A stretch of 64,000 nucleotides of DNA from Candidatus Thiodiazotropha sp. 6PLUC1. Lineage in GTDB: Bacteria > Pseudomonadota > Gammaproteobacteria > Chromatiales > Chromatiaceae. The first letter of the stretch is position 1, and each line of letters starts with the position of its first letter. This document shows, piece by piece, positions 1 to 12,095 of this stretch. The stretch covers positions 2,982-66,981 of the forward strand of contig JBEVWG010000066.1 in the NCBI GenBank assembly GCA_040506705.1. The letters run 5' to 3'. The position numbers and the translations under genes are program-made. Under the pieces are notes generated by a model. The model did not search any database. It had not been told where the DNA came from and saw only the letters and a program-made list of their open reading frames with translations.

Positions 1-79
1 GCCTGTCAAGCTAAGGCAGAAGCGGGCTGGCCGCAAGAACCCAAGCTGTGACAAGGTATTGTTAAAAATTCACAAAGTC

Positions 80-2536
80 TCAGTGTTTTGTAGGTGTACC
101 AGATTTCTTAACCGCTTCCTGAGATCGCTTAGCGCCACGTTTACTCGTTGACTCAGCACCTTTCGTCTCTTTCGTTTGCTTCGGCTGAGGTACGTCATTT
201 AACGCAATCTGCAGCACCTCATCGATCCAGCGAACAGGTATGATATCTAGGTTTTCCTTGATATTCTTTGGGATATCAACAAGATCCCTCTCATTCTCTT
301 CTGGAATAATAACTGTTGCTATACCACCGCGATGAGCAGCCAACAGCTTCTCCTTGAGCCCGCCTATGGGTAATACCTCTCCCCGTAAGGTGATCTCTCC
401 AGTCATCGCCACATCGGCCTTTACAGGTATCTTGGTGAGGGCGGAAACCAGGCTAGTGCACATTCCCACACCGGCACTCGGACCATCTTTTGGGGTCGCC
501 CCCTCAGGTACATGGATATGTACATCATATTTTTGGTGGAAATCCTCTTCCAGGCCCAAAGATTCAGCACGGCTTCTGACCACAGTCATGGCAGCCTGAA
601 TTGACTCCTGCATCACTTCACCCAGTTGACCGGTATGGCTGAGTCTGCCCTTTCCGGGCATCAGCGCCGCTTCTATATGCAGCAGTTCACCACCCACTTC
701 GGTCCAGGCCAGACCAGTAACCTGTCCAACCTGATCGTGCTCATCCGCACGGCCATAACGAAAACGTTTGACCCCGAGGTACTCATCCAGACGTTTCGGC
801 GTCAGAGTGACCTTGGTCTTGGTTTTCTTCAGAAGTATCTCTTTCACAACCTTGCGACAGATCTTGGCTATCTCACGCTCAAGGTTTCTGACACCCGCCT
901 CACGGGTGTAATAACGAACGATATCCCGAATTGCAGCCTCTCTGATGATAAGCTCTTCCGGTTTCAGTCCATTGTTCTCCATCTGCTTGCGGACAAGATA
1001 ACGTTCCGCAATATTTACTTTTTCATCCTCGGTATAACCTGAGAGACGAATCACTTCCATACGATCCAACAGTGCGGCCGGGATATTGAGTGTATTGGCC
1101 GTGGCTACAAACATCACTTCTGACAGATCAAAATCAACTTCCAGATAGTGATCATTGAAAGTATGGTTCTGTTCAGGGTCCAGTACCTCCAACAACGCAG
1201 AGGCAGGATCGCCCCGGAAATCCATCGCCATTTTGTCGATTTCATCCAACAGAAACAGTGGATTACGGGTTTTAACCTTACTCAGGTTATTGATGATCTT
1301 ACCGGGCAAAGCTCCAATATAAGTTCGTCTATGACCACGAATCTCAGCCTCATCTCTGACGCCGCCAAGGGCCATACGGGTAAATTTCCGGTTTGTTGCT
1401 CTCGCAATGGATTGTCCCAATGAGGTTTTACCAACACCAGGAGGGCCTACCAGACAGAGAATGGGGCCCTTCAGCTTACGCACGCGCTGCTGTACCGCCA
1501 GATACTCAAGGATACGCTCCTTGACCTTCTCCAGACCGTAGTGATCTTCATCAAGCACTTCATTAGCCGCACCGATATCATTTCGAATTTTGGTGCGCTT
1601 TTTCCAAGGCAGACCCACAAGGGTATCGATATAGTTTCGAACCACAGTCGCTTCGGCTGACATTGGCGACATCAGTTTTAATTTGTTGAGCTCGTTATTG
1701 GCCTTTTCCTTAGCCTCTTTGGTCATACCCACATTTTCGATTTTCTTAGTCAGATCTTCGATTTCGTTAGGTGCATCATCCATTTCGCCGAGTTCTTTCT
1801 GAATCGCTTTCATCTGCTCATTCAGGTAGTACTCCCGCTGATTCTTCTCCATCTGGCGCTTAACCCGACCACGAATTCGCTTCTCCATCTGCAGAATGTC
1901 ATTTTCACCTTCCATCAACCCCATCAGATGCTCTAAACGTTCCCGCACATTGGGCATCTCAAGCACATGCTGCTTCTCATCCAGCTTGAGAGACATATGC
2001 GCTGCAATGGTATCGGCCAAACGACTTGGATCATCGATGCTTGAAAGTGAAGTAAGCACCTCAGGTGGGACTTTTTTATTGAGCTTGACATACTGATCGA
2101 AGAGATTGGTTGCTGAACGCATCAACACCTCTGTCTCTTTTCCAGCCAGATCAATGGCATCAGGCAGAGTCTCGAGTCTGGCACTGAAGAACTCATCGTT
2201 CTCCACAAATTCAAGAATTCTTGCCCGTTCACCACCCTCAACCAATACTTTGACAGTACCGTCGGGGAGTTTTAACAACTGTAAGATATTGGCCAATGTG
2301 CCGATCGCATACATGTCGCCGATATCAGGATCATCGACATCTGCGCTCTTTTGCGCTGCCAGTAGAATCTGCTTGTTACTCTGCATGGCTGAGTCGAGTG
2401 CCAATATCGACTTATCCCTGCCAACGAACAGAGGGATAACCATATGGGGATAGACAACCACATCGCGCAACGGTAGTACCGGCACAATGTTGGACTGGTC
2501 TTTAGTCGATCCGGCTGCTTTTTGCTCTTGAGCCAT
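80..2536 (-). CDS. lon: ATP-dependent Lon protease
   Basis: 818-aa ORF with Walker [10 protein letters not shown] and the Lon catalytic-serine motif PKDGPSAG. It lies in lon-clpX-clpP-tig synteny. Confidence 0.97.
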   Translation of the reverse strand: MAQEQKAAGSTKDQSNIVPVLPLRDVVVYPHMVIPLFVGRDKSILALDSAMQSNKQILLAAQKSADVDDPDIGDMYAIGTLANILQLLKLPDGTVKVLVEGGERARILEFVENDEFFSARLETLPDAIDLAGKETEVLMRSATNLFDQYVKLNKKVPPEVLTSLSSIDDPSRLADTIAAHMSLKLDEKQHVLEMPNVRERLEHLMGLMEGENDILQMEKRIRGRVKRQMEKNQREYYLNEQMKAIQKELGEMDDAPNEIEDLTKKIENVGMTKEAKEKANNELNKLKLMSPMSAEATVVRNYIDTLVGLPWKKRTKIRNDIGAANEVLDEDHYGLEKVKERILEYLAVQQRVRKLKGPILCLVGPPGVGKTSLGQSIARATNRKFTRMALGGVRDEAEIRGHRRTYIGALPGKIINNLSKVKTRNPLFLLDEIDKMAMDFRGDPASALLEVLDPEQNHTFNDHYLEVDFDLSEVMFVATANTLNIPAALLDRMEVIRLSGYTEDEKVNIAERYLVRKQMENNGLKPEELIIREAAIRDIVRYYTREAGVRNLEREIAKICRKVVKEILLKKTKTKVTLTPKRLDEYLGVKRFRYGRADEHDQVGQVTGLAWTEVGGELLHIEAALMPGKGRLSHTGQLGEVMQESIQAAMTVVRSRAESLGLEEDFHQKYDVHIHVPEGATPKDGPSAGVGMCTSLVSALTKIPVKADVAMTGEITLRGEVLPIGGLKEKLLAAHRGGIATVIIPEENERDLVDIPKNIKENLDIIPVRWIDEVLQIALNDVPQPKQTKETKGAESTSKRGAKRSQEAVKKSGTPTKH

Positions 2537-2670
2537 TCAAATGTCCTCATAAGGCAGAAGCCTGCCTGAAAATAGTTCAACTGCAGGTACTACAGCGTCA
2601 ACATAGGGATTTGAGTCTGACAGGTTACTGAATGTTCAACACACAGACCTATTTAGACAGATATTATCCT

Positions 2671-2699
2671 ATATATGGCTTAAAGCCTGACGTTTCAAG
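2671..2699 (-). promoter_or_regulatory. Candidate sigma-32 (heat-shock) promoter for lon
   Basis: The minus strand reads CTTGAAA-N14-CCATATAT, about 135 nt upstream of the lon ATG. This resembles the CTTGAA...CCCCATNT consensus. Confidence 0.4.
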
Positions 2700-2836
2700 T
2701 CTATTCGCTATCTTAATTAACGGAAAGTCAGAATCAGGCGGTGTTCAACCACCCTGAATAGAGACGCTCTGACAGCATAGTTAACATGCTGCCAGAAGCG
2801 TATACATTTAAATAAAAATACAAATGTGCTTATGGA

Positions 2837-4111
2837 TCAATCAGATGCAGCGATCTGTTTATCGCTGTTTTCGTAGATCATTAACGGATCTGACTCACCT
2901 GCAATAACCCCTTCATCCACAACGACTTTGGTGACCTCATCCATTGAAGGCAGGTCATACATGGTATCCAGTAATACCTGTTCCAAAATGGTGCGTAGAC
3001 CACGAGCTCCGGTTTTGCGGGCCATTGCCTTGCGAGCAATCGAACGCAGGGCGTCTTCTCTGATCTCCAGTTCGCAGCCCTCCATTTCAAACAGACGGCC
3101 ATACTGCTTGGTCAGAGCATTTTTAGGTTCAGTCAGGATTTTGACCAATGAGTCTTCATCCAGCTCCTGGAGAGTTGCAACTACAGGAAGACGACCCACA
3201 AACTCAGGTATCAATCCATATTTGATCAAATCTTCAGGCTCGACATCGACGATGATGTCCCCAACTGAACGGGAATCATCCTTACTTTTGACTTCAGCTG
3301 AGAAACCGATACCGCCCTTTTCAGAACGATCTTTGATCACTTTCTCCAGCCCAGCGAAAGCGCCGCCTACAACAAACAGGATATTTGAGGTATTAACCTG
3401 TAGAAACTCCTGTTGCGGGTGTTTTCTACCACCTTGAGGAGGGACAGAAGCTACAGTGCCTTCAATCAGTTTCAAAAGTGCTTGTTGTACACCCTCACCT
3501 GAAACATCTCTGGTAATGGACGGATTATCAGATTTACGGGAAATTTTATCGATTTCATCGATATAAACTATGCCTGTCTGCGCCTTTTCGACGTCGTAGT
3601 CGCATTTTTGCAGCAACTTCTGAATGATGTTCTCAACATCTTCGCCAACATAGCCCGCTTCTGTAAGCGTGGTGGCGTCAGCAATCGTAAAGGGCACATT
3701 CAACAATCTGGCCAAGGTCTCTGCGAGCAGGGTTTTGCCCGACCCAGTGGGACCAATCAGAAGAATATTTGATTTGGCCAGTTCGACCTCACTATCCTTA
3801 CCGATGGCATCAAGCCGCTTGTAGTGGTTATATACAGCGACAGAAAGCACTTTTTTTGCCCTCTGTTGACCAATAACATACTGATCCAGCGTCTTTTTTA
3901 TCTCTTGAGGCTTGGGTAGCTTGTTGATGCTGTCTTCACCGGGCTCCTGCATCTCCTCACGGATAATGTCATTACAAAGCTCGACGCACTCATCGCAGAT
4001 AAAGACGGAAGGACCGGCAATCAGTTTCCGCACCTCATGCTGACTCTTGCCGCAAAAGGAGCAATACAACAGCTTACCGTCGTCACTTTTACCGCTCTTG
4101 TCACTGCTCAT
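2837..4111 (-). CDS. clpX: ATP-dependent Clp protease ATP-binding subunit ClpX
   Basis: N-terminal zinc finger (CSFCGK...CDEC), Walker A GPTGSGKT, and the typical 424-aa length. Confidence 0.98.
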   Translation of the reverse strand: MSSDKSGKSDDGKLLYCSFCGKSQHEVRKLIAGPSVFICDECVELCNDIIREEMQEPGEDSINKLPKPQEIKKTLDQYVIGQQRAKKVLSVAVYNHYKRLDAIGKDSEVELAKSNILLIGPTGSGKTLLAETLARLLNVPFTIADATTLTEAGYVGEDVENIIQKLLQKCDYDVEKAQTGIVYIDEIDKISRKSDNPSITRDVSGEGVQQALLKLIEGTVASVPPQGGRKHPQQEFLQVNTSNILFVVGGAFAGLEKVIKDRSEKGGIGFSAEVKSKDDSRSVGDIIVDVEPEDLIKYGLIPEFVGRLPVVATLQELDEDSLVKILTEPKNALTKQYGRLFEMEGCELEIREDALRSIARKAMARKTGARGLRTILEQVLLDTMYDLPSMDEVTKVVVDEGVIAGESDPLMIYENSDKQIAASD

Positions 4112-4254
4112 ATTTCACTCCTTCAAGCCGAATTCAACCTGCTCTACTTCAATCATATCTAACTGCACCTATATGGCAAGGTTAGCGACGAAAAACCCTG
4201 ACTCGAGTATCACGCCATCCATTGCATGCTTCAACCTCATTATTGAGCCGATTG

Positions 4255-4893
4255 TCAGCTGTTATCAATACCACCACGATTAGACAATACAGAATCGATC
4301 AGGCCATAGGCAACTGCATCATCTCCACCCATAAAGTTATCGCGGTCAGTGTCACCTGATATTTTCTCAAGACTCTGACCTGTATGTTCTGCCATGATGC
4401 CGTTCAAACGCTCTTTCAGCAATAGGATCTCTTTCGCATGGATCTCTATATCCGTTGCCTGCCCTTGAAAACCACCCAGGGGCTGATGAATCATCATGCG
4501 TGAGTTAGGTAAGCAGTAACGCTTACCCTTGGCGCCACCGGTCAGCAACAGCGCACCCATGCTTGCCGCCTGGCCAATACACATGGTACTGACGTCAGGC
4601 TTAACAAACTGCATGGTATCGTAAATCGATAAGCCAGCGGTTACCGATCCACCTGGGGAGTTGATGTAGAGATGAATATCCTTATCCGGATTCTCAGATT
4701 CCAGAAACAGTAGCTGTGCCACTACCAAATTGGCCATCTGATCTTCTACAGGCCCGACAAGGAATATGACCCGTTCTTTCAATAATCTGGAATAGATATC
4801 AAAAGAGCGCTCGCCTCGTGCAGTCTGCTCGATAACTATCGGTACTAGACCAAGGCTTTGTGCATCCGGCATTCCTGACACTGTTTCAATCAT
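4255..4893 (-). CDS. clpP: ATP-dependent Clp protease proteolytic subunit ClpP
   Basis: Conserved ClpP motifs ([16 protein letters not shown]). Positioned between tig and clpX. The exact start (M1 or M8) is uncertain. Confidence 0.96.
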   Translation of the reverse strand: MIETVSGMPDAQSLGLVPIVIEQTARGERSFDIYSRLLKERVIFLVGPVEDQMANLVVAQLLFLESENPDKDIHLYINSPGGSVTAGLSIYDTMQFVKPDVSTMCIGQAASMGALLLTGGAKGKRYCLPNSRMMIHQPLGGFQGQATDIEIHAKEILLLKERLNGIMAEHTGQSLEKISGDTDRDNFMGGDDAVAYGLIDSVLSNRGGIDNS

Positions 4894-4914
4894 CGTTTAC
4901 TATTCCTCTGTACT

Positions 4915-6201
4915 TCAACCCTGATCCGTCAATTCGGCAAAGGTTGTCTGCTCATCTGTAATTGTGACTTGGTCAAGAATCCAATCTACGACCTGATCTT
5001 CCATCACAACATTACGTACTGCTGCTAGTTGCTGCTCATCGTTGTAGTAGTAATTTACCACTTCTTCAGGCTTCTCATAACTGGCAGCAAATTCATCAAT
5101 TCTCTTCTTTACTCGATCGTTATCGACCTGAATGTCGTTTTGCTTAACTATTTCGCTAATCACCAATCCAAGAGTGACCCGTTTTTTAGCCTGTTCTTCA
5201 AACATTTCACGGGGCAGCTCGAAGGTTCCAGCCCCCTGGCCCAGCTGCTGCCTGGTCTGCTTACGCAGCGCTTCGATCTCCTCATCCACCATCGCAGCGG
5301 GGATGTCGATCTTGTTCTGCTCATAAACCAGATCCATTGCCTGATTCTTCACTTGGGCTTCGATTCGTTGTGCAAGCTCGCGCTGCATATTTTCACGCAC
5401 ATCCGCTTTCAGCTTATCAACGCCATCCGCTGCACCAAACTCCTTGGCGAACTCATCATTGACCTCAGGTAGTACCTCTTCTGAAATATCGCTGATCTCT
5501 ACCGCAAACGTTACAGGTTTTCCTGCCAACTCTTCCACCCGGTAGTTTTCAGGGAATTGCAGATCGATGCTGCTCTTCTCCCCTTTCGACATACCAACCA
5601 GGGCAGTTTCAAAGCCTTCGATCATTCTTCCTGAACCCAATACAAGGTCGACATTCTCAGCACTACCGCCCTCGAAGGCCTCACCATCTATGGTACCTGT
5701 AAAACTGATCTTTACCTGATCCCCATCTGCAGCAGCTCTATCGACGCTATTCCAGGTTACACGCTGCTTTTGCAGCTTCAGAATCATCTCATCGATATCC
5801 TGCTCTGTGATCTCTGCAGCTGGGCGTTTAACCTCACCTTCTACCTTACTCAAGGTAATTTCAGGCATCACTTCCAGAGTGGCCACGTAACTGAAACGTC
5901 CCTCTTCATTTGATTCGCCAGGCTCAATTTTTGGCATGCCCGCAGGTTGCAGCTTCTCTTGCTGTATGGCCTCCTGATAGCTGGTCTCTATCATCTGGCC
6001 GTAGACCTCCTGCAATACCTGTCCGCCATAGTTACGACGTAAAAACTTCATAGGTACCTTACCAGGACGAAAACCATCCAACTTGGCGGTTCGGCCAATC
6101 TGCTGTAGGCGCTTCGTCACTTCCGCATCGATCTGCTCTGCAGGCAACTCGACGGTTAGACGTCGCTCAAGCCCTTCTCCCGATTCCACCGAAACTTGCA
6201 T
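4915..6201 (-). CDS. tig: Trigger factor
   Basis: The ORF matches the trigger factor N-terminus MQVSVE. I moved the start to the ATG at 6201, which has an AGGAG Shine-Dalgarno 7 nt upstream. The tracked ORF starts 10 codons earlier. Confidence 0.95.
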   Translation of the reverse strand: MQVSVESGEGLERRLTVELPAEQIDAEVTKRLQQIGRTAKLDGFRPGKVPMKFLRRNYGGQVLQEVYGQMIETSYQEAIQQEKLQPAGMPKIEPGESNEEGRFSYVATLEVMPEITLSKVEGEVKRPAAEITEQDIDEMILKLQKQRVTWNSVDRAAADGDQVKISFTGTIDGEAFEGGSAENVDLVLGSGRMIEGFETALVGMSKGEKSSIDLQFPENYRVEELAGKPVTFAVEISDISEEVLPEVNDEFAKEFGAADGVDKLKADVRENMQRELAQRIEAQVKNQAMDLVYEQNKIDIPAAMVDEEIEALRKQTRQQLGQGAGTFELPREMFEEQAKKRVTLGLVISEIVKQNDIQVDNDRVKKRIDEFAASYEKPEEVVNYYYNDEQQLAAVRNVVMEDQVVDWILDQVTITDEQTTFAELTDQG

Positions 6202-6293
6202 GTATATTCTCCTGACAGCCCTATCTGTCATTAAATTCTTAATTTGGTATGGAAATTTCCTGCCAGTCTAACTTATCGACCTTCAGGGAAAAA

Positions 6294-6378
<85 letters not shown>

Positions 6379-6663
6379 TTGATTCTGCCAGATCATTGGT
6401 TTCTAAGCCCCAATTACCCAGCTGTGAACTGACCATTATAACGATCTAGGGAGTAAGTCTCTACGGCAAATGTGAACCAAAAGTGCGGTTATTTCACTTT
6501 AAGTACATTTTTTGACGCCTACAAGCTCAAACTCCTTCTGTTTTTATACCTTCTCAGACCCTGGATCAAGATAAAAAAATTCGCGTTATACTAAGTTTTG
6601 TTAATTTATATCAATAAGTTAATAAACACCGACAAGCTAAAAAAGCCAGCCGCCTGTTGAAGT

Positions 6664-8913
6664 TCAGGAAACTTCAACACGATCAACCCGCTGAAATCCC
6701 CTCGGCAACTTTGCACCACGCCGCCCCCTTTCGCCCTGAAAACCGTCCAGATCAGAAGGTTTGAGCACGATATAGCGCTTACCCGCATGGGCGGTAAGGC
6801 TGCCACCCTTTGGCACGACGGCAATAGCAACCACAAACTCCTCTCGCGCCGCCACTCGTTTTGGCGGAATTGAGATTAATTTATTACCTTTGCCTCGGGC
6901 AAGTTTAGGTAGTTCTGCGACCGGAAAGACCAACATACGCCCCTCATTGGAGATGCTCACCACCCGATCCGACTCGAGATCGGTGATCATTTCCGGCACC
7001 ATCACCTGCCCCCCTTTGGGCAAACTCAACAAGGCTTTACCTGACTTGTTCTTTGCCAGCATATCTGCCAGTCCAACCCGGAATCCATAACCAGCATCTG
7101 AAGCCAGCAGATACTCTTGCTGGGTATCCCCACCCAATACCGCGCAGAATGTAGCACCGGTAGCTGGAGAGAGCCGACCTGTAAGCGGCTCCCCCTGACT
7201 ACGTGCAGAGGGCAGGGTATGTGCGGGCAGAGAGTAGCTACGCCCATTAGAATCCAAAAATACCGCCTGCTGGTTGCTTTTTAAACGGGTAGCGGCAAGA
7301 AATCCATCACCCGCCCGATAGTTCAAACCTGCCGGATCGATCTCATGCCCTTTTGCGGTACGAGCCCAACCCATCTCTGAGAGCACGACTGTGACTGCTT
7401 CGCTTGGGGTCAGATCTGTCTCATCCAAGGCCTCAGCAGATTCTCGCTCGACAATGGGGGAACGCCGCTCATCGCCGTATTTTTCTGAGTCTGCCTGCAA
7501 CTCTTTGCGAATCAGGGTGCGCATCCGCTGTTTGGAGCCAAGTAGTAATTGCAGTGATTTGCGCTCTTTTTCCAGCTCATCCTGCTCACCCTTTATCTTC
7601 ATCTCTTCCAATTTGGCCAAATGGCGCAGACGCAGATTGAGAATTGCTTCCGCCTGCACCTCAGAGAGAGAAAAACGTTTGATGAGCTCAGACTTGGGAT
7701 CATCTTCGTAGCGGATAATCGCGATTACCTCATCGATATTAAGGTAGGCGATCATTAAACCGTCTAAGATATGCAACCGCTCAAGCACTTCATCCAGGCG
7801 ATACTGCAATCTCCGGCGAACGGTTTCGGTTCTAAAACTGAGCCACTCAGTAAGCAGCCCACGCAGATTCTTCACAGCTGGACGGCCATCAATACCAATC
7901 ATGTTCAGATTGACCCGATAACTCCGTTCAAGATCGGTGGTGGCGAATAGATGTGACATCAAACGAGCCACATCAACCCGATTGGAACGAGGCACAATCA
8001 CCAGGCGGGTTGGGTTCTCATGATCGGACTCATCCCGCAGATCCTCGACCATCGGTAGTTTTTTGGCCTGCATCTGGGCCGCAATCTGCTCCAGTATTTT
8101 CGCTCCGGATACCTGATGGGGCAGTGCAGTGACAATAACGTCGCCGTTCTCGCGATCATAACAGGCACGCATCCGGATCGAACCATGCCCTGTCTCATAG
8201 ACCTTGATCAGATCTTCGGCCGGGGTAACGATCTCAGCATCAGTTGGATAATCCGGTCCAGGAATGTACGCCATCAACTCTTCAAGAGTGGCCTTAGGCG
8301 ATTCCAGGAGATGGACACAGGCGCCTGCAACCTCCCGTAGATTATGCGGCGGAATATCTGTCGCCATGCCGACCGCTATACCTGATGAGCCATTCAACAG
8401 TACATTCGGCAGTCTTGCAGGAAGAATCTCAGGTTCGCGTAGGGTGCCATCAAAATTGGGCGCCCACTCCACTGTCCCCTGCCCCAATTCTGAGAGCAGA
8501 GTTTGCGCATAGACCGTCAACTTGGATTCGGTATAGCGCATTGCGGCAAAAGACTTAGGATCATCCGGCGATCCCCAGTTGCCCTGACCATCCACCAGTG
8601 GATAGCGATAGGAAAAGCTCTGAGCCATCAGCACCATCGCCTCATAACAGGCGGAATCACCATGGGGATGGAATTTGCCCAGTACATCACCGACAGTTCG
8701 CGCCGACTTCTTGAATTTAGCCCCCGCACTCAAGCCAAGCTCAGACATGGCATAGACAATCCGGCGCTGAACCGGCTTCAGCCCATCGCCGATATTTGGC
8801 AGCGCCCGGTCGAGAATGACATACATGGAATAGTTCAGGTACGCCTTCTCGGTAAACTCGTTGAGAGGAACCCGTTCGATCCCTTCAAAACTCTGATCGA
8901 TTTTATCAGTCAT
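6664..8913 (-). CDS. parC: DNA topoisomerase IV subunit A
   Basis: 749 aa with a ParC-type N-terminus ([19 protein letters not shown]) and the active-site tyrosine region AAMRYTE. Confidence 0.93.
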   Translation of the reverse strand: MTDKIDQSFEGIERVPLNEFTEKAYLNYSMYVILDRALPNIGDGLKPVQRRIVYAMSELGLSAGAKFKKSARTVGDVLGKFHPHGDSACYEAMVLMAQSFSYRYPLVDGQGNWGSPDDPKSFAAMRYTESKLTVYAQTLLSELGQGTVEWAPNFDGTLREPEILPARLPNVLLNGSSGIAVGMATDIPPHNLREVAGACVHLLESPKATLEELMAYIPGPDYPTDAEIVTPAEDLIKVYETGHGSIRMRACYDRENGDVIVTALPHQVSGAKILEQIAAQMQAKKLPMVEDLRDESDHENPTRLVIVPRSNRVDVARLMSHLFATTDLERSYRVNLNMIGIDGRPAVKNLRGLLTEWLSFRTETVRRRLQYRLDEVLERLHILDGLMIAYLNIDEVIAIIRYEDDPKSELIKRFSLSEVQAEAILNLRLRHLAKLEEMKIKGEQDELEKERKSLQLLLGSKQRMRTLIRKELQADSEKYGDERRSPIVERESAEALDETDLTPSEAVTVVLSEMGWARTAKGHEIDPAGLNYRAGDGFLAATRLKSNQQAVFLDSNGRSYSLPAHTLPSARSQGEPLTGRLSPATGATFCAVLGGDTQQEYLLASDAGYGFRVGLADMLAKNKSGKALLSLPKGGQVMVPEMITDLESDRVVSISNEGRMLVFPVAELPKLARGKGNKLISIPPKRVAAREEFVVAIAVVPKGGSLTAHAGKRYIVLKPSDLDGFQGERGRRGAKLPRGFQRVDRVEVS

Positions 8914-8974
8914 CTATTGTGTTAAGTGTTGCTACTGGCCAGGAAGAGGCCAGATGATACGGAAAGCGGAGGAG

Positions 8975-9679
8975 TTAGGGAATACGTGGCGTGTCACGCA
9001 AGCTACGAATAAGCAGAAAAACCACCAGCGGCAGCAGATAAGAGAGTCCAGCCAGCCAGTAGTATTGCTGGCCCTCAAGCGCTCCTGAAAGGTTCAGTGC
9101 CGCTAACAGCGCCCCGAGTGAGACTCCCCCCAACAAGAGAGAAAACAGAGCCTGTTCAATAAAACGACGCCGCTGAAAACTGCTGCTTAAGAAATTTTTC
9201 ACCAATTTCAAACAGGCAATCCAGGTTATCAATAGCAGAGAGAGGTAGAACGGACCGGGTGAACCACTGAATATTATCGACAGGTGAAAAACCAATTGAG
9301 TGGCCAATATCACAAAAAACAGCATCCCATAATTGACATAACGTAGAGGGGTCACTTTCAGCCAAATGGGCATATGGCTGAGCACAGCACCAAAAAGAGA
9401 TGCGGGCAAAATTGCAAACATAAGATCGAAAATCATCCAATCCCAGGATTGACCCTGCAACAGCAAGAGCTCTATCAGCCACAGCAGCAGACTGAACAGT
9501 CCTGCTGCAGTTAATAATCTTACCGGTGTCTCTGTCAGCCAGACCCAGGCGGGAAAGGATCGACTGCGTCCAACATTTGCGGATGAGGGGATGGTGATGC
9601 ACATGGAAGAAAGTATCGCCAAGTAATAAGTAGCACCACCATGATATCCATCAATCAGGTGATGCTTAGCCCCATCCAC
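8975..9679 (-). CDS. Hypothetical polytopic inner-membrane protein
   Basis: ORF with several hydrophobic helices. I recognised no family, and the start codon is uncertain. Confidence 0.45.
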   Translation of the reverse strand: MDGAKHHLIDGYHGGATYYLAILSSMCITIPSSANVGRSRSFPAWVWLTETPVRLLTAAGLFSLLLWLIELLLLQGQSWDWMIFDLMFAILPASLFGAVLSHMPIWLKVTPLRYVNYGMLFFVILATQLVFHLSIIFSGSPGPFYLSLLLITWIACLKLVKNFLSSSFQRRRFIEQALFSLLLGGVSLGALLAALNLSGALEGQQYYWLAGLSYLLPLVVFLLIRSLRDTPRIP

Positions 9680-9860
9680 ACTGGATTATTTGCGCTCAAC
9701 CTCTTACTACCAGCTGACTAATAAAAGTAACAAGTCAGTGGAGCGTGTAGTTTCTACACGGTTCATCGACCACCTTATTAATAAACACCCTCTATCATCT
9801 CTATGAGGGAATCCCGTAGAATCCTCAACAATCCAACAGTGACAAGATCAGGAAAGTAAT

Positions 9861-10259
9861 ATGGCCACCCCATTCTCCACCCCCCAAGATGCTGAAGATG
9901 CCTACTATGATGCAATCGATGAAAAAAACCTAAGTGCCATGATGGCGGTATGGGATGAGAGTGAGGAGACTCTCTGCCTGCTTCCAATGATGCCCATTCA
10001 ACGCGGCAGGGCAGCAATCGAAGAGGTCTGGTCCTCCTTACTCAACAGCGATATCTCTCTGGAGATGCAGATCAAACACCTCAGCTGGATTGAGTCAGAG
10101 AGTATCGCCATTCATCTGATCGAAGAGTGGGTCAATGCTGGCCCCGAAGCGGGGATGCAACCGGTCTATGCCACCAATATCTTTCGCAAGGGTGATCAAG
10201 GCTGGCATCTGATCATGCATCAGAACTCTCCTACACCACCACCAGAACTGAAAGCGTAG
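9861..10259 (+). CDS. SnoaL-like / NTF2-fold (DUF4440-like) protein
   Basis: 132 aa. The N-terminal pattern (AEDAYYDAIDEKNLSAMMAVWDE..., then RGRAAIEEVW) is typical of NTF2-like small proteins. Its stop overlaps the next gene's start (TAGTG). Confidence 0.65.
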   Translation: MATPFSTPQDAEDAYYDAIDEKNLSAMMAVWDESEETLCLLPMMPIQRGRAAIEEVWSSLLNSDISLEMQIKHLSWIESESIAIHLIEEWVNAGPEAGMQPVYATNIFRKGDQGWHLIMHQNSPTPPPELKA

Positions 10260-10609
10260 TGGAAAATCACAAACTGGTACTGCCCCAACACCTCAACCAG
10301 TATGGCTACCTGTTTGGCGGCAACCTACTGAAGTGGGTCGATGAGTACGCCTGGATTGCAGCAGTTCACGACTACCCCGGTCGTCACTTCGTAACCAAAG
10401 GCATGGATCGGGTAACCTTTCATCGCAGCGTGCAGGAGGGTGCCATTCTCCGTTTCGATATCCAGCAGAGCAAAAAGGGTGAGTCATCGGTTCAATACCG
10501 GGTCTCCGTACTTGCCGAAGATTCTGAATGCGGCCAGGAGTCGAGCATATTTTCGACTACGATCACATTTGTATCCCTTGATGAATCTGGTAAAAAAACT
10601 GCTATCTGA
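10259..10609 (+). CDS. Acyl-CoA thioesterase (hotdog fold, YciA-like)
   Basis: The LNQYGYLFGGNLLKWVDE motif and 116-aa size fit hotdog thioesterases. GTG start overlapping the upstream stop. Confidence 0.75.
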   Translation: MENHKLVLPQHLNQYGYLFGGNLLKWVDEYAWIAAVHDYPGRHFVTKGMDRVTFHRSVQEGAILRFDIQQSKKGESSVQYRVSVLAEDSECGQESSIFSTTITFVSLDESGKKTAI

Positions 10610-10868
10610 AGTCCAGTGTAGAAGGAAAAAGAACTAGCTATTATTCAATTCTGAATATCATATATAGCAACATCTCGGAAGCCTCAATTTAATGCTTGTC
10701 GGCACCTCGACCAGTATCACCCATACTGGAAAGAGTCGGGTAATTTTATCAATCATTAATGACACGCTATCAAGAAGAACCACAGTTTTGAAACAGAATA
10801 ACATTGACGGTTAGGTGTCAACTCATAACCCGCTCCACGCAAACTGTTTTGATGCACAGGAAAAAATC

Positions 10869-11006
10869 GTAGGGTGGGGCCATGCCCCACCAAAATGGGT
10901 TAAATAACTCGCTACCAATAGATTAATACTCTATATCTTGAATAAGAAAATTGGTTACATTTTACTATTTTCCAGCTTAATATGGTGGGGCATGGCCCCA
11001 CCCTAC
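10869..11006. repeat. Inverted pair of REP elements (family A), BIME-like
   Basis: GTAGGGTGGGGCCATGCCCCACC at 10869-10891 and its reverse complement at 10984-11006. They flank about 92 bp of AT-rich DNA. Each unit is itself a hairpin (GGTGGGGC/GCCCCACC). Confidence 0.85.
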
Positions 11007-11057
11007 GACTTATTCCGCATCCTTTACAGAAAGAGTTGGAGGGGCTTGGATTAATGG

Positions 11058-11906
11058 TCAGAGGTTGACTAATTTCTGCTCATCCACTCTCCAATAACCT
11101 GAATCAACCGTTCTCTTAAGATAGACCCTGAAGTCTGTCGCCTGCCTACCCAGTACCTCTTCTACACCACTCTGCAGCTGACTGTTTCGACCATCAAGAA
11201 CTTCTGTAAAAAGCTCTCGCAATAACCATTGCATCTGCTTTGTAACGCCCTCTTCCTCAAGTGCGTTGATGTAGGCATCAACAGGAACCTGGGTATATTT
11301 CACCTCTCTTTGCAGAGCGATTGAGAGCTCTTTCATGGCTTCGGAAAAACTCATCGCACGCGGCCCTGTAAGTTCATAGACCCGATTGCGATATTGCTTT
11401 TGAGTCAAAGTGGTAACAACAACTTCTGCAATATCTTCTGCATCAATAAATGGCTCGAGCGTATCACCAGCAGGCAGTACAAGCTCTCCGGCAAGAATAC
11501 CTTCGATCATAAAACTCTCACTGAAGTTTTGAAAAAACCAACTTGCCCGAACAATATTCCACTCCAGACCACTTGACTGCACAATCTCTTCCGCTTTTTC
11601 AGCGCCTGTTTCACCTCGCCCGGAAAGAAGCACGATATGCTCTAAGCCTGATTGCCTGGCCAATGTTACGAATGCTTCAATATCTGAAGCGGCTTGAGGT
11701 ATCGCCAAATCAGGCTGATAAGTAACATATACAGAAGCCACACCTTTAAGTGCAGCAGGCCAGGTCTCGCGATCCTCCCAATCAAAAGGCAGATCTGTTG
11801 ATCTTGAAACTGCTCGCGTATTCAGTCCCATGTCCAATAAGCGCTGATTGACACGATGTCCGGTCTTGCCGCTCTTACCAATAATGAGTATCGGTTTGTT
11901 AGCCAT
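11058..11906 (-). CDS. NmrA-like NAD(P)-binding oxidoreductase
   Basis: N-terminal Rossmann motif ILIIGKSGKTGHRV. 282 aa. Divergent from an AraC-type regulator gene. Confidence 0.8.
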   Translation of the reverse strand: MANKPILIIGKSGKTGHRVNQRLLDMGLNTRAVSRSTDLPFDWEDRETWPAALKGVASVYVTYQPDLAIPQAASDIEAFVTLARQSGLEHIVLLSGRGETGAEKAEEIVQSSGLEWNIVRASWFFQNFSESFMIEGILAGELVLPAGDTLEPFIDAEDIAEVVVTTLTQKQYRNRVYELTGPRAMSFSEAMKELSIALQREVKYTQVPVDAYINALEEEGVTKQMQWLLRELFTEVLDGRNSQLQSGVEEVLGRQATDFRVYLKRTVDSGYWRVDEQKLVNL

Positions 11907-12095
11907 AGTAGGGTTTCCTTTAAAGATTGTCGTCTATAAGAAATCAGTGTTTCTGATTTATGCGTTAATCCTAGATAAAAGAAAAAAGACCAACAATCAC
12001 AGTTTGTCTATATTTATATACAGTTCGTCCAGAACAGTGGATATTATCCCGACGACCAAACAGTTTGACTCCAGGGGCTATGGAAAACAGACATC

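Noticed and set aside
1-79. Sequence downstream of lon, where hupB often follows.
   Set aside because: It is too short, and there is no start codon in view. Nothing can be called.
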